Notes under the pieces: generated by a model | Databases searched by the model: none | Seen by the model: only the letters and a program-made list of their open reading frames with translations | Told to the model about the DNA's origin: nothing | Position numbers and translations under genes: made by a program | Shown here: one piece after another, positions 58,388-64,000 of the stretch | Layout: each line of letters starts with the position of its first letter | Numbering within the stretch: the stretch's first letter is position 1 | From: Vicinamibacterales bacterium | GTDB lineage: Bacteria; Acidobacteriota; Vicinamibacteria; Vicinamibacterales; UBA8438 | Direction of reading: 5' to 3' | Assembly (NCBI GenBank): GCA_965207595.1 | Contig: CBDBMW010000009.1 | Coordinates: 76,710-140,709 of the forward strand | DNA length: 64,000 nt

Positions 58388-58599
58388 CAGTATTCCTTCC
58401 TTCCACGGTCCCGGTGCCGCGGTCGTCGCACGGCGCGGGGACCCGAATCGCCGTTCCGCAGGAGCGGACCAGGCGCCGCTGCGGGCCGGCACGGGTCCGA
58501 GCGGCCCTGGCCTCGCCGAATCGCAAAGCTCCCAGCCCACCACTCGTCGCCCGACGGCTCCGCATGGTGCGCAACCAACCCTCCAGGACCCGCGCCGTT

Positions 58600-58615
58600 C
58601 TGCGGCGCAGACTCC
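58600..58615 (-). repeat. 16-mer CTGCGGCGCAGACTCC (copy 1), whose last base is the first base of the CTA (TAG) stop of the DUF4399-B gene
   Basis: Verified against the ORF 58414 codons. Confidence 0.9.
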
Positions 58616-59127
58616 TACACGCCGTCCGCGATCTCGATGGTGATGGTCTCGCAGAGCCCGTCGAGGGCCTCGTTCGCGTCGTTCGCCACCTGAACCGTCA
58701 GGTCGTACGTCCCGGGCTGCCGCTGCAGGGTGTATCTGTTCGAGCCGTCGTCGAAGTCCACCCGGTCGTCCCCCTCCGGGATCACCTCGCCGCCCGGCAC
58801 GCAATCGGTCCCGACGCCGAGGTGGTAGTGCCCCACGCCCTCGCGCACGGCCTCCGCGGCCGCGGGCGGAGGCGAGATCGTCAGGTTCTCGACGCCGAAC
58901 TCCAGCTCCACGTCGTGGTCCGCCGACAGGATGTCGCCGTCCTGGGGGGCGACGAAGAAGACGCGCGGCGGGCCGGTCGGCGCGGCCGCAGGCTCGGGCG
59001 CCGGTTCCGCTTCCGTCTCGGCCATGCCGCCGGACTCGCCGCCGCCGCAGGCGGCGAACGCGACGAGCGGGAGCAGCAGGAGGCACGCGACCAGGGTCCG
59101 GTCTCCGCGGTGCTGTTCGAGTCGCAT
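58615..59127 (-). CDS. DUF4399-like lipoprotein (copy B)
   Basis: Lipobox LVAFAAC. Motifs RVFFVAPQDG, VGHYHLG, GTYDLTVQ, LCETITIEI. Confidence 0.65.
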   Translation of the reverse strand: MRLEQHRGDRTLVACLLLLPLVAFAACGGGESGGMAETEAEPAPEPAAAPTGPPRVFFVAPQDGDILSADHDVELEFGVENLTISPPPAAAEAVREGVGHYHLGVGTDCVPGGEVIPEGDDRVDFDDGSNRYTLQRQPGTYDLTVQVANDANEALDGLCETITIEIADGV

Positions 59128-59245
59128 CGGTTGGGCTCTCTCCTGAGACGTGAAGAAGGTACGGCGCGAGGCAGCCGACTCCGCTAGCGCGCCCTGACGG
59201 GCGCATCGGGAGTCTGTGTTGGCACGAACTCCTGCATGGCACGCT

Positions 59246-59261
59246 CTGCGGCGCAGACTCC
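59246..59261 (-). repeat. 16-mer CTGCGGCGCAGACTCC (copy 2), abutting the TAG stop of the PaaK-like gene; its CAGACTCC end is inverted with respect to GGAGTCTG at 59209..59216
   Basis: Indexed from stop 59261..59263 and from the GTG at 59240..59242. Confidence 0.9.
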
Positions 59262-60367
59262 TAGTAGACTCCGACCGTCGTCGATGACGCCAGCGCGCTG
59301 AACGGACGGACGCCGCTCACCCCGTCCCACGGATACCGCTCGCACGGCCGCTCCCGCTCGCCCTCGTCCCGCTCGAGGAAGCGGGGCACGAAGAACTCGC
59401 GCGTCAGCGTGGTCAGCATCACCCGGCCGGTCTCGCCGTAGTCGACGACCTGCTCGGCGTCGTCCGGATCGACCACCTGCAGGACGGCGCGCGGCTGCGG
59501 GGCGTGGTACGTGATCTTGTAGCCCTCGTCCGGGCCGCTCGGCGGACTCCCGGCCAGCCCCATCAGCGTGTTGCCGTAGGTCGGGGTCATGTAGACGCCG
59601 TCGAGCAGCTCCTCGTTGGCGAAGCGGTTCCACTGCGGGGTGAACTCCGTGCCGCCGGCGAAGATGCCCGTGATGCCGGTTTCCTTGATGCTCGAGCCTT
59701 CCTCCTCCAGCCGGTTGGCGAGGGCCTCGATGAGCTTCGGCGTCGAGAAGAGGCACTTGATGTCGTGGCCGGCCGAGAGCACCGTCAGGGCCTGGTCGAT
59801 CACGTGGGCCTGGTAGGCCTTCAGGTGGTCCATCCAGCCCTTCTTGATCAGCTTGATGACCCAGCGCGGATCGAGGTCGACGCAGAAGCAGATGCCGCCG
59901 CGGTGCTGAGCGAGGTGCTCCACCGCGAGGCGCAGCCGCCGCGGGCCGCTCGGGCCCAGCATCAGCCAGTTGGCGCCCTTCGGGAAGCACTCCTCGGGAA
60001 GCGTCTCCGAGAACAGCTCGTAGTCGGTCCGGAAGTCGTCGATCGCGACGCGGCTCTTCGGGATGCCCGTCGTCCCGCCGGTCTCGAAGACGTAGATCGG
60101 CCGGTCCGCGTAGGCCTTGGGCACCCAGCGACGGACGGGACCGCCGCGCAGCCACTCGTCCTCGAAGTGGCCGAACTTGTGCAGGTCGTCGAAGCCGTGG
60201 ACTTCCTGGCGCGGATCCCAGCCCGCCTTCGCGGCCCAGTCGAGCCAGAACGGACTGCCGGTGGCCGGGTCGAAGTGCCACGCGACGATCTCGCGAACCT
60301 GCTCGTCGAGCGACGCCCGCGCCGCGTCCACCCTTCCCTGTAGATCGGACACCGCTGTACTCATCAA
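59261..60367 (-). CDS. PaaK / coenzyme-F390-synthetase-like adenylate-forming enzyme
   Basis: P-loop-like FETGGTTGIPK (compare SSGTTGKP). At 368 aa it is shorter than classical PaaK. Confidence 0.65.
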   Translation of the reverse strand: MMSTAVSDLQGRVDAARASLDEQVREIVAWHFDPATGSPFWLDWAAKAGWDPRQEVHGFDDLHKFGHFEDEWLRGGPVRRWVPKAYADRPIYVFETGGTTGIPKSRVAIDDFRTDYELFSETLPEECFPKGANWLMLGPSGPRRLRLAVEHLAQHRGGICFCVDLDPRWVIKLIKKGWMDHLKAYQAHVIDQALTVLSAGHDIKCLFSTPKLIEALANRLEEEGSSIKETGITGIFAGGTEFTPQWNRFANEELLDGVYMTPTYGNTLMGLAGSPPSGPDEGYKITYHAPQPRAVLQVVDPDDAEQVVDYGETGRVMLTTLTREFFVPRFLERDEGERERPCERYPWDGVSGVRPFSALASSTTVGVY

Positions 60368-60537
60368 CCGGCGATCTTACACTAGGAGCGGAGCCGTCAG
60401 CGACGAACGGCGGGCTGGTCTCGCGGCCGGCCGCGGCCGGTCCGCGCGCCGGCCGGGAGGCCAGCGAGGGCCGACGGCCGCCGCCGCAGGCGCCGACACC
60501 GCCGGGGAAAGGGCGTGCGGGCGCCCGGGGAGGAACG

Positions 60538-61023
60538 ATGAGCACGACGGGACGCCTCGAGCGCATCTGGATCAAGCGCGTCCATCGCGGCCCGATGGAC
60601 GCGGTGGAGCGGGCCGAGCTCCACGCCGGCCGCGGCCTCGCCGGCAACGCCAACCAGGGCGGGCGGCGCCAGGTGACCCTCATTGCGCGCGGTCGCTGGG
60701 ACGACGTCAACGAGACGTTGGCCGACGACGTCGACCCCATGCTCCGGCGGGCCAACGTTCTCGTCTCCGGGATCGACCTCGCGCACACCCGTGGCCGCGT
60801 GCTCCGCCTGGGACCCTGCCGGCTCCGCATCAACGGCGAGACGCGCCCGTGCGAGCGGATGGACGAGGCGTGGCCCGGCCTGCGCGCCGCCCTCGAGCCC
60901 GAGTGGCGGGGCGGGGTCTACGCCGAGGTGCTCGACGACGGCGAGATCGCGGTGGGCGACGCCGTCGGCTGGGAAGCGCCGACCGACGCCCCGGAGTCTG
61001 CGCCGCAGAGCCCGACCGAGTGA
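60538..61023 (+). CDS. MOSC domain protein
   Basis: GLAGNANQGGRRQVTLI...RANVLVSGIDL...RLRINGETRPCERMD contains the conserved MOSC Cys. Confidence 0.85.
   Translation: MSTTGRLERIWIKRVHRGPMDAVERAELHAGRGLAGNANQGGRRQVTLIARGRWDDVNETLADDVDPMLRRANVLVSGIDLAHTRGRVLRLGPCRLRINGETRPCERMDEAWPGLRAALEPEWRGGVYAEVLDDGEIAVGDAVGWEAPTDAPESAPQSPTE
60993..61008 (+). repeat. 16-mer in inverse orientation (GGAGTCTGCGCCGCAG, copy 3) inside the last codons of the MOSC gene
   Basis: Indexed from the TGA at 61021..61023. Confidence 0.9.
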
Positions 61024-61247
61024 GCCCGCCGCGCAAGCTCTGGGCCACGGACCGGGCCCTGCGACGCGCTGGCGGCGCGAGCAGCCACGGTCGTGAATCC
61101 CGCGAAGACTCCCGACGCGTCCGCGGGAACGCTCCGGGGCCGGGGGGGAGTGCGGGGGCACTTCCCGCGGCCCGCCGCCTACAGGCCGGGACGCGATCGG
61201 CCGAGACTCCCGTGTGCAGGCCTCCGCGCCGGCACGGGAGGGACGAT

Positions 61248-61817
61248 TTGCGACTTCGGCTGTGCGCGTCGGCGCTGGGTGCTCTGCTGCTGACGGGCTG
61301 CGAGGCGGGCGGCTTCTCGCCCTTCAACGTCTTCTCGCCCGCCGCCCCCACGGCCGTGACGACGGATACGACCGCTCCGGCGGACGTCTCGGGGACGTGG
61401 ACCGCCGTCCTCTCCGCGTCGACGGACGACATCCAGGGCGGGGGTTGCGCCGGCAGCGTTGCGCGCGCCCTCCGGAGCAGCATCACGCGCAGCACGACCG
61501 TCACGCTCACCCAGAGCGGCAGCACCCTCGCGGCCACATCCGTCACCATCAACGGGATGACCTGCCAGTTCCGGGGCTCGGTCAGCGGAACGACGGTCAA
61601 CGCCACCGTCGACGCCTGCACCCCGGACACGATCGCCCTCGGCGTGCTCGCCGGCTGCGGCTCCGACACCTGGAGCCTGGCCTCGCCCTCGCTCACGATG
61701 GCCGCCACCGCGACCGGGGACACCATCACCGGCACCCCGACCGCAAGCGGGACGGCCACCAACGGGAGCGAGTCCCACCCCGTGTCGGCGACGGCCGATC
61801 TCACGATGACCCGCTGA
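61248..61817 (+). CDS. Thr/Ser-rich lipoprotein, function unknown
   Basis: GGGAGGG-N4-TTG at 61248. Lipobox LLLTGC. The mature part contains six Cys. Confidence 0.55.
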   Translation: MRLRLCASALGALLLTGCEAGGFSPFNVFSPAAPTAVTTDTTAPADVSGTWTAVLSASTDDIQGGGCAGSVARALRSSITRSTTVTLTQSGSTLAATSVTINGMTCQFRGSVSGTTVNATVDACTPDTIALGVLAGCGSDTWSLASPSLTMAATATGDTITGTPTASGTATNGSESHPVSATADLTMTR

Positions 61818-61883
61818 ACGGGTGCGCCCCGGCGCGGGCGCGTTCGGGAACCTGCGCGGGCGCCATCTCCCGCGTCGCACGTC

Positions 61884-61899
61884 CTGCGGCGCAGACTCC
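61884..61899 (-). repeat. 16-mer CTGCGGCGCAGACTCC (copy 4) in the convergent intergenic region between the lipoprotein gene and vapC
   Basis: Verified against the ORF 61822 codons. Confidence 0.9.
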
Positions 61900-61933
61900 C
61901 GGTGGACAGCCGCGCCCTCGTGGCTGGCGAGGG

Positions 61934-62341
61934 TCAGTCCGGCTCCGGCGGAGGAACGGCGAAGCGGCAGGTTGGGCCGGGGGCGCGCGCGAGCCGCCCA
62001 TCGAGCGTCGCCAGGGGGCAGTCGAGGTCTTCGGCCAGCGCCACGTACCATGCGTCGTAGCTCGTCAGATTGGCCCGCAGTGCCCATACGCGATCCGCGA
62101 AGGGCTCGAACGGAAACAGCGCGATGTCGACTTCCAGCAGATCCCGATGTGCGGTCGCCGCCTCGAGCCGCGAGAGAGCGCCGGCCGCCTCGAATCGGCG
62201 AAGGACGTTGCTGGCCTCGGCCAACGCCAGCTCCGGGCCGGCCAGCTCGCCGGCCGCCAGTTGCGCTTCGGCCCAGCGACCGTCCCGACCCGAGTCCACG
62301 AGCCCCGCGACGATCACCGAGGCATCGACGACGGCCCTCAC
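61934..62341 (-). CDS. vapC: PIN-domain toxin
   Basis: GTG 62341 overlaps the antitoxin stop (GTGA). Peptide (V)RAVVDASVIVAGLV...SYDAWYVALAEDLDCPLATLD. Confidence 0.8.
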   Translation of the reverse strand: MRAVVDASVIVAGLVDSGRDGRWAEAQLAAGELAGPELALAEASNVLRRFEAAGALSRLEAATAHRDLLEVDIALFPFEPFADRVWALRANLTSYDAWYVALAEDLDCPLATLDGRLARAPGPTCRFAVPPPEPD

Positions 62342-62574
62342 CTTCGATCCGCGTCGCGGGCGCTCAGGATGCTCGCAGCCGGCACTCTCGTGCCCGCCGC
62401 GGCCTTGCGCTCGCGGACACGCTCCAGCCACTCCGCGACGGAGGGTCGGGACGCGATTCGCTCGAGCTCGCCCCGCAGGAACCCCTGCATCGACTGGCGC
62501 TGCCGCGCAGCACGGACCGCAAGGGCGTCGCGCACCGCTTCGGGAACGTCGCGAATGGTGATCTGGACCGGCAT
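62338..62574 (-). CDS. vapB: FitA/Arc-type RHH antitoxin
   Basis: MPVQITIRDVPEAVRDALAVRAARQRQSMQGFLRGEL. Confidence 0.8.
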   Translation of the reverse strand: MPVQITIRDVPEAVRDALAVRAARQRQSMQGFLRGELERIASRPSVAEWLERVRERKAAAGTRVPAASILSARDADRR

Positions 62575-62884
62575 GCCCGCATTCTGCCAGCATCGACAGC
62601 AGGGAGCAACTTCTCCGTGGCGCCCTGCGCAGCCGCCGGGAACGCGTTGGCTACCCGGGCCTTACAGGAGCTGCGACAGCAGCGTCCGGGCCGGGACCAC
62701 GAGGGGCGGGCCGCGCCACTTGCTCTGGGGCCATGCGGAGCGTCGACCTACCTGCAGGTGGGGCGCAATGTGGTCCGGGCCGCCCACGGCGACGAGGCGC
62801 CTCTGGTGGTGGACCCGTTCTAGACCACGCCTCCCGTCCAGACGTGGCCGGCGGCGACGACAGGCGATTCGATTCCCGTCTCCG

Positions 62885-63253
62885 TCACGTCTCTTCCACT
62901 CGGTTCGATAGGCGGATACGCAGCCTGCCGCGCGAGACGACGAGCAGGGCGCCGTCGCGCAGATGCGACTCATGGCGGTCGAGCAGCTCCCGCATCGCCT
63001 TCACCTGCTCGGTCACGCGCATGTCCACGAAGCGAATGATGCACGGGTGCGGCAAGCGCCGCACGAACACCAACTCGCCGAAGTCCTTGTCGGCGGTGAC
63101 GAGAATCCGCTGCTCGTCGCGCGCCAGGATGAGCAGGACTTCGTCAGCGGCGCGCGGATCCACTTCCGAGGCCGACACGACGTCGTGCCCGAGCTCGTCC
63201 AGCAGCGCGCGCAGGCTCCGGGACGCCGCACAAGCGTCGAGCAGGAACCTCAC
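62885..63253 (-). CDS. DUF5615-like PIN-like domain protein (putative toxin)
   Basis: MRFLLDACAASRSLRALLDELGHDVV...ILVTADKDFGELV. Confidence 0.7.
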   Translation of the reverse strand: MRFLLDACAASRSLRALLDELGHDVVSASEVDPRAADEVLLILARDEQRILVTADKDFGELVFVRRLPHPCIIRFVDMRVTEQVKAMRELLDRHESHLRDGALLVVSRGRLRIRLSNRVEET

Positions 63254-63256
63254 GGC

Positions 63257-63502
63257 TCAGCGCGATGCCAGGCGTTCGTGCACCTGTTCGCCGGCGATGG
63301 CGCGGTGCGCGAACAGCAGACACGCCTGGACGTCCTCGGGCTCCAGCGCGGGATACTCGCTCAGTATCGTGTCCGGCGCATCGCCCGCAGCCAGCATGGC
63401 GAGAACGTGTTCCACCGCGATTCGCATGTCGCGAATGATGGGCTTTCCGCCGAAGACGTCGGCCCGCACCGTGATGCGGCCAAGCAGCTCGGATTCAGTC
63501 AT
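63257..63502 (-). CDS. DUF433 domain protein (putative antitoxin)
   Basis: VFGGKPIIRDMRIAVEHVLAMLAAG...ILSEYPALEPEDVQACLLFA. There is a 3-nt gap to the DUF5615 gene. Confidence 0.8.
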   Translation of the reverse strand: MTESELLGRITVRADVFGGKPIIRDMRIAVEHVLAMLAAGDAPDTILSEYPALEPEDVQACLLFAHRAIAGEQVHERLASR

Positions 63503-63569
63503 CGATGTCCTCTGTGGCGCCTCGAGCGTCGTGGCTGCCGGCGGTCGCGGCTGGCGCCGCCCCGGTCGC

Positions 63570-63815
63570 TCACGCCGTCGTCCCGCAGTGACTGTGCACG
63601 TACCTGACGACCTCGTCGACGGGAAGCGCCCGGGTCCCGTTCCCGACGCGCAGGTAGAAGAGGGCCTCCCTCTGATGCTCCACGTAGATCCTGCCTCTCA
63701 GGTACGGCTTGCCGTTCTTTCCGTACACGGTGCCGGGCAGGGCTCCGACGTTGCGGACGAGTCGGCTGACCACGGCTTCATCCAGGCTTCCCTCGACTGC
63801 GGCCGAGATGGTCAT
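63570..63815 (-). pseudogene. Mosaic remnant: Toprim/DUF4276-like N-terminal piece fused to an AlbA_2 (Schlafen-type DNA-binding) C-terminal piece
   Basis: MTISAAVEGSLDEAVVSRLVRNVG...GKNGK resembles DUF4276/Toprim starts. FYLRVGNGTRALPVDEVVRY resembles the AlbA_2 core strand. At 81 aa it is too short for either family. Confidence 0.35.
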
Positions 63816-63840
63816 TGTCGCCGCCAAAGCCGCTGCCGGA

Positions 63841-64000
63841 GAGAGCGACGTCGCGGAGGAAGCGGAAGGCGTCCAGAAGGTTGGACTTCCCGGCGGCGTT
63901 GGCGCCATGAGAAACAGGCGATCCTGGACCGCCACCTCCACCTGCAGGAAGTTCTTCCAGTTGCGCAAGCGCAGACGCCGGAAACCGCAGATCCCTGCTC
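63841..64000 (-). pseudogene. N-terminal fragment of an AAA/RecF-like ATPase (OLD- or DUF4276-partner type) with a frameshift in front of the Walker A; runs off the window
   Basis: One frame reads RLRLRNWKNFLQVEVAVQDRLFLM. The next frame reads GANAAGKSNLLDAFRFLRDVAL, and the ATPase body is missing after that. Confidence 0.45.

Noticed and set aside
62575-62884. 310-nt gap with ORF 62662..62973 (-) between the VapB and DUF5615 genes
   Set aside because: The translation is Arg-rich with no motif and overlaps the DUF5615 gene. It is treated as non-coding, possibly a remnant.

Overview
Very GC-rich bacterial chromosomal segment. The gene content suggests an Acidobacteriota-like organism: two ADOP-type duplicated orphan FtsX permeases, a Ser/Thr kinase fused to a TolB-like propeller, several TonB-dependent receptors and PQQ-like propellers. 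This origin is inference only. All family names rest on motifs recognised by eye; no searches were run.

- **1.4-13.6 kb:** an iron/heme acquisition locus. It holds a secreted Kelch+PQQ propeller protein, an IsdG-type heme monooxygenase, hmuTUV, a secreted CbiX-like chelatase and two tandem paralogous heme-type TonB receptors.
- **13.8-25 kb:** DUF3311 + SSF symporter, CoA-transferase, enolase, an AlkD-like repair protein, a third TonB receptor, bfd/bfr and a second PQQ-like propeller.
- **Fur-box-like motif:** the 15-bp inverted repeat TGAGA-N5-TCTCA occurs four times, each time in front of these iron genes.
- **25-36 kb:** secreted hydrolases, natAB, oligopeptidase B and the kinase.
- **36-52 kb:** two ADOP permease paralogues bracket an accessory patch with HepT/MNT, MazEF-like and VapBC modules and a tricorn protease.
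- **43.6-47.8 kb (most interesting):** a tightly packed five-gene minus-strand operon inside that patch. It encodes a pol-beta nucleotidyltransferase, a 2H phosphoesterase, an ADP-ribosylglycohydrolase-like gene and two proteins of no family I recognise. Three of the five genes carry frameshifts. I propose it as a candidate uncharacterised, partly decayed nucleotide-signal / ADP-ribose conflict system.
- **52-64 kb:** an ABC ATPase plus a giant FtsX permease, an ALDH-like gene, two DUF4399 paralogues, a PaaK-like adenylating enzyme, a MOSC protein and a lipoprotein. These are followed by a VapBC pair, a DUF433/DUF5615 pair and mosaic gene remnants.
- **16-mer repeat:** CTGCGGCGCAGACTCC recurs exactly four times in 58.6-61.9 kb. 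Variants abut TAG stop codons elsewhere.
- **Not seen:** rRNA, tRNA, CRISPR, transposase or integrase.
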